A stretch of 64,000 nt of DNA from assembly GCA_048267165.1 (NCBI GenBank), contig JBLWYD010000008.1, positions 34,806 through 98,805 on the forward strand, read 5' to 3'. Of this stretch, positions 55,243 through 64,000 are shown one piece after another; the first letter of the stretch is position 1; each line of letters opens with the position of its first letter. Under the pieces are notes generated by a model that saw only the letters and a program-made list of their open reading frames with translations, made no database searches and was not told the origin of the DNA. The stretch comes from Bacteroidota bacterium. Its GTDB lineage: Bacteria > Bacteroidota > Ignavibacteria > Kapaibacteriales > UBA2268. A program made the translations under genes and the position numbers.

Positions 55243-55286
55243 AAAAAAAAATGCTTGTAAAATTAATTACAAGCATTTAATTTTTT
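55243..55286 (-). terminator. Strong (bidirectional) rho-independent terminator ending the T9SS-protein operon
   Basis: Perfect 12-bp stem aaatgcttgtaa / ttacaagcattt with loop aattaa. On the minus strand it is followed by a U-rich tract. Confidence 0.85.
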
Positions 55287-55301
55287 ACACTTCTATTTAT
55301 A

Positions 55302-56141
55302 TTAGAATATAGTAGAAGGGAATCTGATATCAATACCCATCTGAAGCGTACTTACTCTCCAATCATCATCAGCAGAAAGGTTAGTTACACCAAAGTTATA
55401 GTTGAAACTTGGTACAACGTAGAATCCACCCGAGAATAAAATCTCGTATTGAACTCCAAATTTTATACCTACTCTCAATGCACTAGAATTAGGTATTTCA
55501 CCTTCTTGTACAATAAGTGTTCTCCCATCATCCGAATAATTTTGATCATCCGATCTTACGAATTTCGCCTCTTTAGGCGTTAATAGAGAATAGGTTTGAT
55601 TTTGTTCTCTTGCCATAGCAAAGTCAAATGTAGGACCAACTATAACACCAAATTGAGTATCAAATAAGTTCAATTTGTACTGAGCTTCAGCAGTTATCAT
55701 ATTATATATGACCTCATTCTTGTGCTCAGTCGAACTAAAAATAGTTGTGTCTGTTCCGGCAGTTGTAAGAGCTTTTGAAGGATATTCATCACCTTCTACC
55801 TCGAAGCTAGCAGGCATAGAGTTATATAGCACACGTGCTATAATAGAAGATTTAGAATCTTTGGCATTACCAAGTAAATACTCGAATGACATACCAAAGA
55901 AATAACCATTAGCAGAACCGTTTTGGAATACTGGACATGGAGCTGTCTGGAAGTCGAAAGTACTTATATCTGCAGAGTGCAACACCCTATTATAACCAAC
56001 TACTGGTCCAAAGAAGAACGGAATACTTGCTTTTTTGGGTTCTAAAGGATTATCACCATCTCCCTGCGCAAATGATGGCATTGTAAAAGCAATGGCCAGA
56101 GTTAATGTTATAAGAATATACTTTTGTAAACTATTTGACAT
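55302..56141 (-). CDS. Outer-membrane beta-barrel protein (hypothetical)
   Basis: Signal peptide ending FAQG. Alternating beta-strand pattern with a C-terminal aromatic residue (RFPSTIF). Starts 13 nt downstream of the 1354-aa gene. Confidence 0.5.
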   Translation of the reverse strand: MSNSLQKYILITLTLAIAFTMPSFAQGDGDNPLEPKKASIPFFFGPVVGYNRVLHSADISTFDFQTAPCPVFQNGSANGYFFGMSFEYLLGNAKDSKSSIIARVLYNSMPASFEVEGDEYPSKALTTAGTDTTIFSSTEHKNEVIYNMITAEAQYKLNLFDTQFGVIVGPTFDFAMAREQNQTYSLLTPKEAKFVRSDDQNYSDDGRTLIVQEGEIPNSSALRVGIKFGVQYEILFSGGFYVVPSFNYNFGVTNLSADDDWRVSTLQMGIDIRFPSTIF

Positions 56142-56154
56142 AATTTAAACCTTG

Positions 56155-59100
56155 TTACTTTGTAATAATAAATTCTTGAGTTAATGTTGTTCCTAAAGAC
56201 TGAACAACTAATATATATTTTCCATTAGCATACTTACTAAGATTTAATATAATATTATTTTTTCCTTTATCAAACAATATTTTATCCAACACGTCATATT
56301 TTTTTCCAACATAGTCCATTATGTATATTGAACCTGTTAGCTCGTCGGACACATCTACTGTGAGATTTGCTTCATTGCTTACTATGTTTGGTACTATAGA
56401 AGCATCTACTATATAAGAACTTAATTCGACATTTCGGTAGTTGTAAACGCATACTTGTTCTACTTCTAAAACATTAAGTTGAGCGTTCCCATCATAGCAG
56501 TCGCTTAGGTTAAATTTTATCTCCACATCGCCTTCTAAATCAGTATTAAGCAATGCTAAAAATCTTAATTCGAACTCCCACGAAACTATATTTTCAAAAT
56601 CGAACTCTGAAAACTCTTCAGAAACCAATGTGAATCTTTCAGCTTCTACAGTTATAGTAGCTTTTACTTCTTTGATTTTATTGTTTTCTGAATCGTAAAA
56701 ATAAATAATTGTTTCATTATTATCAAGTAAAAAGTTGTAAGTGTCTATATCAACTGTTACATTTAGACTTGCCGTAGTATCAATAAAGTTCGGGAATTGA
56801 CCGCCAAATTTAATATCGAAATATTTCCCGATTTGTAACCCTGATGCAGCAAAAGGGTTAATTGATATTTGATCTTGAATAGAAGTAATATTACTTTCAG
56901 TTACGAAAATTGAATCTTTTCCTTGAATTATATCATTTACTATTATATTATAATATATTTTATCGGTTTTGTTGCCAGATGACATTACAACTATTTGTTT
57001 ATTAATACTTTCAGATGGTAATAATGTATCACCAAAGCTGTCATCTAAGAATCGAGCTATTTTAATATCCGATATTACATCGATATTTTTAACAAAAAAC
57101 GAAGTGTTACCTTTGTTTTTTATATTTATACTAAGCGTGTCGAAATTGCACGATTGTACCGTTATATTTTCAGGGGTTATAGCAAGGTCCAGAGTATCTT
57201 GCTCCTCAACAAAACCTCTAATATGAATAGTATCAGTTTTTATTCCATAGTTAGGGGCAGCGTCTGACTCGACTATTAACGTCATCTGATGTTCACCAAG
57301 AGTAAGTCCGTTGAACCTAATAGGGAGCGTTTCCGTTTCTCCTTGGGCTATTGTTCTACTATCATAAAATGATTTATTAAAATCGAACACATCCTCATCA
57401 CCAATGAATTTGAATATTCTATTGATTTTTAAATCTTCATTTCCGTCTGATAATAAGGCGTTTTCTATAGCATCTTTGAAAGAGTAAATCTTTATAGTAT
57501 CTAAGTCGATATTATAAGTTGTTATTTTAGGTAATGTCGGTTGTCCTTTCAGATTCACTAATATTGTATCATGAGGAGCCCATCTTTCTACAAATTTGGC
57601 TGTTAGTATATAAGGAGTAATGTCATTCACATCCGTAGGATTATAAGTCAGGTTTAAGTCAATAGCCTTATTCTCATCCAAATCAACTGTACCCAAATCT
57701 CGTAGAATTGTAACATTAGGGTCATTAGTTAGATTAGAAACTACATCGAGATAAGAAAATCTAGAAAGAAAACTTCCTGAATTTATAAATCTCTGTGAAG
57801 TGTTTTTGGAAGTACCAATACGAGTATCACCAAAATCAAAGTTAATATTATTGATTCTTGGTTCACCCACCTCGCTAGTTATAGTAGCCGTTCTATTTAT
57901 TTTATTGCTATCCATTAGTGTAATAGTATAATCGTAGATACCTGATACATTATGAGTGAATGTAATCTTATTGAATTTTATAGATTCATTTGGTTTCAAT
58001 GAATAAGGGAACATACCAATAGTGTCAATGCTAAAATTACTACTTATGGGAAGTACTACACTATCACATTTTATATTTGCATTTCCAGTATTTGTAAATT
58101 CAACAAATTCCGTAGGACTAGTCGAATAGCTTGTACCAGATAGTATTTTTGGCAATCGTAGATTACTTGCTGCTAAATCGAAACTAATTACTTTAGCATT
58201 TATATCAACTTTACGAGTATAATCACATGCAAAATTGAAAAACATAGAGTCAAGAATAGCTGTTTGGTTATTCGGTTGATTGTACAAGCAAATAATCAAT
58301 CTGTAAGTTTGTTCTTTGTAAAGCATCTTAGGTAATGCGAAAGGTAGATTAAGCTTTAATCTCAGATCAGCAGGCAAATCTATACTTTCTAATAGAACTG
58401 AGTCCGCATCAGTATGAAGATCAAATGAAAGACAAGAATCTTTCTTAATATTCACTTCCTTGTAATCTATCAAATCTTGTAATACAATCTGCGCACCCGG
58501 TCTATAAAATTCATAGGGGGTAGAGTTACCAAAATAATCAATTCCAGTAAACTTGAAGTTGGCCGGCTTATTTTTATCTAATACATTGCCATCTAGTTTG
58601 ACAAAAGTAGTTGTATCATTGATAGGTGTATGCGACCAATTGAAATTATATGTCTCTTGCTCATCTACTTCTATTAGATTAACACCAGAGTAGTCCGATA
58701 CTTTTTTATCGAATATAAAACCTCTGATTGTAGAGCAGCTTTCTACAAATTCAACCAATGGCTCTGAAAAATCCGTTTGTTCTTCATCTATTAACGAAGC
58801 ACCAACAGTCATAGCATAAGAGTCAAAACCACCAGCAGCTATAGCAATAGCATGGAATCCACCCGAATCAGCCACAATAGTGTTGATACTCGGATTCTGT
58901 GGTACAAATACTTTCTGCCAATAATAAGGTTTCCCTGCCAAATTAAAAGCATTGAAACCAAGGATATTGTCGATATGCTTATTATTAACCCTAAGAGAAG
59001 ATTTACCATCCTCATCTGCTATTATTAATAGTGCTTGACTGTCGTATTGATTTATAAACCTATCATTTATTACAAAAATATCATTCGAACCGAAATAAGT

Positions 59101-60219
59101 CGTCTTGCTAACCATTTTATCTAATGCAGGTATAACTACCATCGAAGGGTCATACAAATGGGTTTCAGGAGTAACAACATACTTAGCCATAAACTGAGTT
59201 ATAAGGAATTTTCCATTTGCGGACCAATAAGTTGGGGATTCAATATTATCAAAAGTCCAAACTTCACCGGGTAACATATATATATTATTAGTATTATTAT
59301 CATTAACGATAGATAAATCGATTGTATCTTTGGCTACTACTTTGAACATAGACCTGATTCCATTTCCAAATGGAACTGTTAGATATTCTTTACCCCAAGT
59401 ATTAGTCGGAGGAAGCATCTCTACAATATGGTCTTTTGATGTTAACTGATTAGCTTCCGATTGTTGCTGAATTGAGGTACGCATGTGCCCTGAGACAACG
59501 CCTACAGGTCTATCACTAACAATACGGCTACCAGAAAGATCGTGCACTCCATGAACACCGTGCGTATATTTCGATTTTACTAAGTAGCTCTCGCCTTTGT
59601 TGAGTCTAACTTTTATAGTCGAATCCTTTAGTGCACCTCTGAAAGTTTCAGCAGTCACAGTGATTTCTACATTTGTATAATTTTCATTTGCTAGTATTAG
59701 GAATTCACCTAGTCTTGATGTTTTTTGTAGTTCTACTATCTGTGGAAGTTGACCATCTGGCTCTATATAGTAATCATTTGGCATAGTAATAGCATAATGC
59801 TCTGTTCCCCAGTTCCGAGTTGGTATCACTGAGAATTTATCACCAGATTGTAGTAATGAACTTTTAGCGACACAAGAAATAGGGTGCATAGCACTAATTT
59901 CAATCAGCTTATTACCAAAAGTTACTTCCGGATCTATGTGTTCATAACCTTCATCTACATCGAGATTTATTATACTGTCTTTTTTAAGTTTTAGAGTGTA
60001 AGTTTTACCTAATCGCGGCTCAGTTATAGTTACTTCTGTATTATATTTTGAGGATAGATAGATACTTTGGTAGGGTGCTGAATATGCGTTGATTTCATTA
60101 TCAATAAACCCAACAAGAAAATGGCGACCCTCGTACGAAGACATAGTACCCTCGCTCGCAAAGGACGTCACACTGCTAAGTGGAATAAATAATAATAGTA
60201 ATAGATATAAACGTATCAT
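56155..60219 (-). CDS. 1354-aa secreted multi-domain protein with a T9SS C-terminal sorting domain
   Basis: Signal peptide. The N-terminal G..F.VGF..N region resembles the IgGFc-binding-type N-terminal domain. Central DFGDTRIGTS...F.N.G segments resemble ASH/choice-of-anchor-D Ig folds. The C-terminal segment of about 70 aa is Por-tail-like. Confidence 0.6.
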   Translation of the reverse strand: MIRLYLLLLLFIPLSSVTSFASEGTMSSYEGRHFLVGFIDNEINAYSAPYQSIYLSSKYNTEVTITEPRLGKTYTLKLKKDSIINLDVDEGYEHIDPEVTFGNKLIEISAMHPISCVAKSSLLQSGDKFSVIPTRNWGTEHYAITMPNDYYIEPDGQLPQIVELQKTSRLGEFLILANENYTNVEITVTAETFRGALKDSTIKVRLNKGESYLVKSKYTHGVHGVHDLSGSRIVSDRPVGVVSGHMRTSIQQQSEANQLTSKDHIVEMLPPTNTWGKEYLTVPFGNGIRSMFKVVAKDTIDLSIVNDNNTNNIYMLPGEVWTFDNIESPTYWSANGKFLITQFMAKYVVTPETHLYDPSMVVIPALDKMVSKTTYFGSNDIFVINDRFINQYDSQALLIIADEDGKSSLRVNNKHIDNILGFNAFNLAGKPYYWQKVFVPQNPSINTIVADSGGFHAIAIAAGGFDSYAMTVGASLIDEEQTDFSEPLVEFVESCSTIRGFIFDKKVSDYSGVNLIEVDEQETYNFNWSHTPINDTTTFVKLDGNVLDKNKPANFKFTGIDYFGNSTPYEFYRPGAQIVLQDLIDYKEVNIKKDSCLSFDLHTDADSVLLESIDLPADLRLKLNLPFALPKMLYKEQTYRLIICLYNQPNNQTAILDSMFFNFACDYTRKVDINAKVISFDLAASNLRLPKILSGTSYSTSPTEFVEFTNTGNANIKCDSVVLPISSNFSIDTIGMFPYSLKPNESIKFNKITFTHNVSGIYDYTITLMDSNKINRTATITSEVGEPRINNINFDFGDTRIGTSKNTSQRFINSGSFLSRFSYLDVVSNLTNDPNVTILRDLGTVDLDENKAIDLNLTYNPTDVNDITPYILTAKFVERWAPHDTILVNLKGQPTLPKITTYNIDLDTIKIYSFKDAIENALLSDGNEDLKINRIFKFIGDEDVFDFNKSFYDSRTIAQGETETLPIRFNGLTLGEHQMTLIVESDAAPNYGIKTDTIHIRGFVEEQDTLDLAITPENITVQSCNFDTLSINIKNKGNTSFFVKNIDVISDIKIARFLDDSFGDTLLPSESINKQIVVMSSGNKTDKIYYNIIVNDIIQGKDSIFVTESNITSIQDQISINPFAASGLQIGKYFDIKFGGQFPNFIDTTASLNVTVDIDTYNFLLDNNETIIYFYDSENNKIKEVKATITVEAERFTLVSEEFSEFDFENIVSWEFELRFLALLNTDLEGDVEIKFNLSDCYDGNAQLNVLEVEQVCVYNYRNVELSSYIVDASIVPNIVSNEANLTVDVSDELTGSIYIMDYVGKKYDVLDKILFDKGKNNIILNLSKYANGKYILVVQSLGTTLTQEFIITK

Positions 60220-60282
60220 ACACTGCCTATTTAGATTTGCACTAATATAACTTATTGAGAAATAATATACAAATACTAACAG

Positions 60283-61545
60283 TTATAATTCGAAGTAATT
60301 ACTTTTATAGTGAAGATTTTTTTCAACAGGAAGGTCATTTGACCACTTGTATCGGGGTAAATAAAACTCCTTAACTCCGCTCTTTAGCTCTTGGTAGGGT
60401 ATGGCTACAGCGTTTACATTTTCTAGGAAATTTATTTTATCTATCTCATCATTCTCGAAGAACATTTCGATTTTATTGCAATCGTGTTTGTGTGCATCTA
60501 CTGCACCAGCTTCATTTTGTGAGAAATATAAGCTCTGAGCATTCTGGGTAGTTATTATTCTGCTAATCTTCCCATCTGCAAATATCATTTCAATTGTATG
60601 ACCAGCCAATTGGTTGAGGAATTGTGCGTAATCCGCAAATTCCTTCGATACTGAAAAGGCATTACCAACTGATTCTATTCGCTTCAGTTTCGATTCTTCT
60701 AGCTCTATAGTAATAGAGTCTCCATATAGTTGTGAGTTATCATACCATATAATCGGCTCTTCGTTCAACACAAATATATTCTTTGTTCTGAAATAAGTAG
60801 CTAAGTTCGATTTTGTCTTTACGTCCTTTCTGATTATCTCGACACTATCTGTGAATACATAATGTTCATTATCTATATAGCGGAATGCCTGCATAGTATC
60901 AGAAGAAATACTCAAAGTATCATATTCAAAACCAGTTTCACTTTCTACGCTATCAATCTGAAATAATATGGGCTTACCGTACGAAATACTGTATTTTTCT
61001 TTTGGCTTGTATATAAGTGTATCCGAAAGTAGATAAGAACTATTGAATTTACCTTTTATAAGTACATTATTGTAGGCATAGCTTTCTTGTGTTTTCTTGT
61101 TGTATTGCAAGTAATTCGAGTTGACAATTACAGAATCATCTTCTATGAAGACATTTTGGTAGAAATTCGCCACATTAGTTAAGCTATTATAGTCACCAGA
61201 TTTTGCTTTCAAATAGGTCTTACTATCTTGTAGCTCTAACTCTGTGTCTGTTTTAGTGAATTTTCTATCCCCAAAGTAAGTCGCACGTTGGGTTTTCATA
61301 GTCAGATCTTTTTGTGTAAGCTTGACGTTGCCGCTCAGATTTGATATATTTGTATTCTCGAAAAGCTTAGCATAATCGCAGGTGATTGTGACATCGCCTT
61401 GGATTAACTTCACATTACCGAAGTACTCTTTTATAGGTCCATCTGGAGTTTCCGTACCTTGAAATTTGTCAGCAGAATAGAATATCCGTTCTTGGGCAAA
61501 AGAGGATGAATAAAGAAATAATATAATTAATAAGATTCTTTTCAA
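60283..61545 (-). CDS. OstA/LptA-like repeat protein
   Basis: Signal peptide. Repeated 'GNVKL.Q.D..I......' beta-jellyroll-type segments typical of OstA_N-like proteins. Confidence 0.5.
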   Translation of the reverse strand: MKRILLIILFLYSSSFAQERIFYSADKFQGTETPDGPIKEYFGNVKLIQGDVTITCDYAKLFENTNISNLSGNVKLTQKDLTMKTQRATYFGDRKFTKTDTELELQDSKTYLKAKSGDYNSLTNVANFYQNVFIEDDSVIVNSNYLQYNKKTQESYAYNNVLIKGKFNSSYLLSDTLIYKPKEKYSISYGKPILFQIDSVESETGFEYDTLSISSDTMQAFRYIDNEHYVFTDSVEIIRKDVKTKSNLATYFRTKNIFVLNEEPIIWYDNSQLYGDSITIELEESKLKRIESVGNAFSVSKEFADYAQFLNQLAGHTIEMIFADGKISRIITTQNAQSLYFSQNEAGAVDAHKHDCNKIEMFFENDEIDKINFLENVNAVAIPYQELKSGVKEFYLPRYKWSNDLPVEKNLHYKSNYFEL

Positions 61546-62114
61546 TTAGAAACGACGTTAATGTTTTTATGCTCAACGTTATATTTCAGCTCAAGTTTCT
61601 TTTTCAGATTACTCAAACCTTTTTCGAAGTTAGGTCCCATAACATTATCAAGCATTGACCCAAGCAATCGCATGAATGGATTCCAGCCAACATTTTTATA
61701 GTGTACCCACTCAATAGTAGTATGAGTCCTATCATTCTCTTTCGTTTTTATGTACCCAGAAAAAGAGGTCTCACCTTTGTTCCATTCTAGATGGAAGTTG
61801 ATTTTTTTAGGAGCGTTGATAGTTTCGAAAGTAAGTGCGGCAGCTTCTGAATGGTCGCCATTCCATTTCTGTTTAGCGCCCTGACCTTCCGTTTTACCGG
61901 GGTAACTATATACCAGAGTAGAGTCAAATTCTTTCCAAGTCGTCCATTCTTCCCAATTTTTTAGGTCATAAAGGTAATCAAATGCGTAACTTTGTGGAAC
62001 ATTTATTTTGATTGTTCTACTAATAGATATATCACCCGGAAGGGTCATAGCATAGACCATAAGAGCAAGAACGAGAGCAGCAACAACTGCTAATAATATT
62101 TTTAAGTATTTCAT
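61542..62114 (-). CDS. SRPBCC (START/polyketide-cyclase-like) protein with an N-terminal membrane anchor
   Basis: TM/signal-anchor MKYLKILLAVVAALVLALMVYA. The pattern SRTI.INVP....F.YL.DL.NW.EW..W is typical of the SRPBCC fold. Confidence 0.55.
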   Translation of the reverse strand: MKYLKILLAVVAALVLALMVYAMTLPGDISISRTIKINVPQSYAFDYLYDLKNWEEWTTWKEFDSTLVYSYPGKTEGQGAKQKWNGDHSEAAALTFETINAPKKINFHLEWNKGETSFSGYIKTKENDRTHTTIEWVHYKNVGWNPFMRLLGSMLDNVMGPNFEKGLSNLKKKLELKYNVEHKNINVVSN

Positions 62115-62175
62115 TTTTAAACAAACGGATTTTAGATTCGTACATATATATAAACCAAATTAAGTTTTTAAAATT

Positions 62176-63993
62176 ATGATAAAAAATATATTTCTATATT
62201 CGATAGTAAGTTTTTTCATTTTGAACGTCGGATATAGTCAAACTGCAACAGAAAGAAAATTGAGTTTAGCCCAATCCTACGAACAAGTAGGGCAATTAGA
62301 CAATGCTATTAGAATATACGAAGAAGTCTATGCTGAAGATAAGGGTTTCTTACAAGCATTCCATGGTTTAGTCCGTTCGTATAAATTGAAGAATATGAAT
62401 GCAAAGCTATTAGAATTGCTCGAAAACAGAGTACAATTCGACAAGAAAGCTGTCAATTATATACTATTAGGTGAAGCTAGATGGAATGCTGGAAAGTCTT
62501 CGGAAGCAGATGAGGCATGGGGTAACGCTCTAAAAGCAGAGCCAAAGAATCAGTATATGTACGCTGATTTGGCCGACATTCAGTCCAGATTGCAGCTTTA
62601 CAAAAAAGCAATAAGTACTTATAAGACAGCTCGAGAAAATGTAACTACAAATAATGGTTTGACATTATTCACAGAAGAGCTTAGCAAGCTTTACATAGCT
62701 GTTGGTGATACAAAAGCAGCTCTAAACGAGACTTTAACCTTGCTTATGGAAAATGGAGCACTTCCATCAGTGGAAGCTAGAATATATGCACTAATGCAAG
62801 ATGATGATAATCTGGAAATAATAGATGAGACTCTCAATAACTTCATTGATAAAAATAGCTCAAACTATATGGCAAATGAGTTATTCAGTTGGTATCAGAC
62901 TAATTTGGGCAAGCACGATAAAGCATTAGAATATACTATAAAAGCAGACGATATTTCAAAGCAGGGAGGCAGATTGATACTTACTTTCGCTGGGAATGCC
63001 GAGCAAGCAGGGAATACAGAAATAGCACTAGAGGCCTACCAATACCTAATAGACCAAGGGAAAGATAATAAATTCTTCACCTCAGCTATTTACAGTTATA
63101 CTAGAACCCTAGAAGCAAAGATGATGTTCGATAAGAATCTATCAAAAGAGAACATACAAACGATTATAAAAAGATATAGAACTATAATAGAAGAATTCCC
63201 GAAAAGTACAACTGCTGCGGACGCATACCTAGAAATAGCAAGATTACAGAAAGACAGACTGAATGATTATAAGAATTCTGAAGAAACACTATTCGAGCTG
63301 ACAAAAGAAATACCTGGTGCTCCACAAGCAGGAACGGCTATGGTTGAGTTATCAGAGATATTTATAAGCCGTGGCGATTTGGTAGAAGCTAAGGGTTTTC
63401 TAGAAACTGCGAAGGCAAGATACGGTAGATCGAATCGTGATTTATTAGAAATAGTAGGGTATAGACAAGCGTTAATAGAGTATTACACAGGTAATCTGGA
63501 TAGTGCCGAGGCATTATTCCTAGTGCTTTCAGAAGCGAAGGACAATGATATAGCGAACGATGTATTGGAGAAAAGTTCGATAATATCCGACAAATACAAA
63601 GAAGAAGAGAAAGTTAAAATATTCGCAGCGGCGGAATATGATATGATTAGACTAGATACAGCAAGTGCTATATCTAATTATGAGTCAATCATCAATGAAT
63701 TGCGTAATTTCGATACTGAGATATGGCAGCGTTCTCACCTGATACTTTCGGATATTTATCTTGCTCGTAAGAATAATCAGAAAGCTGATTTTTACCTCGA
63801 GGAATTCATAAAGAATTTGCCCGATGGAGTTCATTCAGATAAGGCAATATTCAAGCTAGCTAACAACAAAGTCGCGGCTGGTGAGAATAGCAAAGCTATA
63901 GAATTGTATTCAAAAATATTGATAAGTTTCCCTAACTCTATATATCTAGACCAAGCTCGACTCAAGATACGAGAGTTAAGGGGTGAATCTTAA
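62176..63993 (+). CDS. TPR-repeat protein, secreted
   Basis: Signal peptide. Multiple A..Y......P / A...LA....G TPR-like helical pairs throughout. Confidence 0.6.
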   Translation: MIKNIFLYSIVSFFILNVGYSQTATERKLSLAQSYEQVGQLDNAIRIYEEVYAEDKGFLQAFHGLVRSYKLKNMNAKLLELLENRVQFDKKAVNYILLGEARWNAGKSSEADEAWGNALKAEPKNQYMYADLADIQSRLQLYKKAISTYKTARENVTTNNGLTLFTEELSKLYIAVGDTKAALNETLTLLMENGALPSVEARIYALMQDDDNLEIIDETLNNFIDKNSSNYMANELFSWYQTNLGKHDKALEYTIKADDISKQGGRLILTFAGNAEQAGNTEIALEAYQYLIDQGKDNKFFTSAIYSYTRTLEAKMMFDKNLSKENIQTIIKRYRTIIEEFPKSTTAADAYLEIARLQKDRLNDYKNSEETLFELTKEIPGAPQAGTAMVELSEIFISRGDLVEAKGFLETAKARYGRSNRDLLEIVGYRQALIEYYTGNLDSAEALFLVLSEAKDNDIANDVLEKSSIISDKYKEEEKVKIFAAAEYDMIRLDTASAISNYESIINELRNFDTEIWQRSHLILSDIYLARKNNQKADFYLEEFIKNLPDGVHSDKAIFKLANNKVAAGENSKAIELYSKILISFPNSIYLDQARLKIRELRGES

Positions 63994-64000
63994 GAAGATT

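Overview
AT-rich chromosomal window with about 60 protein genes and one tRNA. I saw no rRNA, CRISPR array, transposase or integrase. The source looks like an FCB-group bacterium (Bacteroidota/Ignavibacteriota-like). Several large proteins end in Por/T9SS-type C-terminal sorting domains, a Bat/MoxR-type operon is present, and AccD lacks the Zn ribbon. Most of the window is recognisable housekeeping: panB, glgA, lipB, serC-serA-DUF1015, rpsF-rplI, an S1-domain protein, tig, a 2-Cys peroxiredoxin, topA, accD, hpf-hprK, dsbD, and a HIT-rsmA-PAP2-yigZ-panC operon. It also holds a complete cNOR nitric-oxide reductase cluster (norCBQD). Accessory or unusual patches: (1) a MoxR-DUF58-VWA (Bat-type) operon with a 1126-aa BNR/T9SS surface protein embedded in it and no BatB-E; this is my best candidate for an undescribed functional module. 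(2) A translationally coupled trio of polytopic membrane enzymes (two paralogous GT-C/PMT-like proteins plus a Wzy_C/O-antigen-ligase-like protein). (3) Two tandem, compositionally different TlpA-like thioredoxin proteins with a large uncharacterised N-terminal region. (4) A terminator-bounded operon encoding SRPBCC, OstA-like, a 1354-aa T9SS protein and a beta-barrel protein. (5) A lone YopX-like phage-type gene with a poly-acidic tail. (6) A subclass B1 metallo-beta-lactamase overlapping a conserved lipoprotein gene. (7) A small low-GC islet on the 3' side of tRNA-Gly. (8) Mosaics of short REP-like palindromes at 1-900 and 36360-36760. All functional calls rest on my own motif and family recognition in the supplied translations. 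No database search was run.
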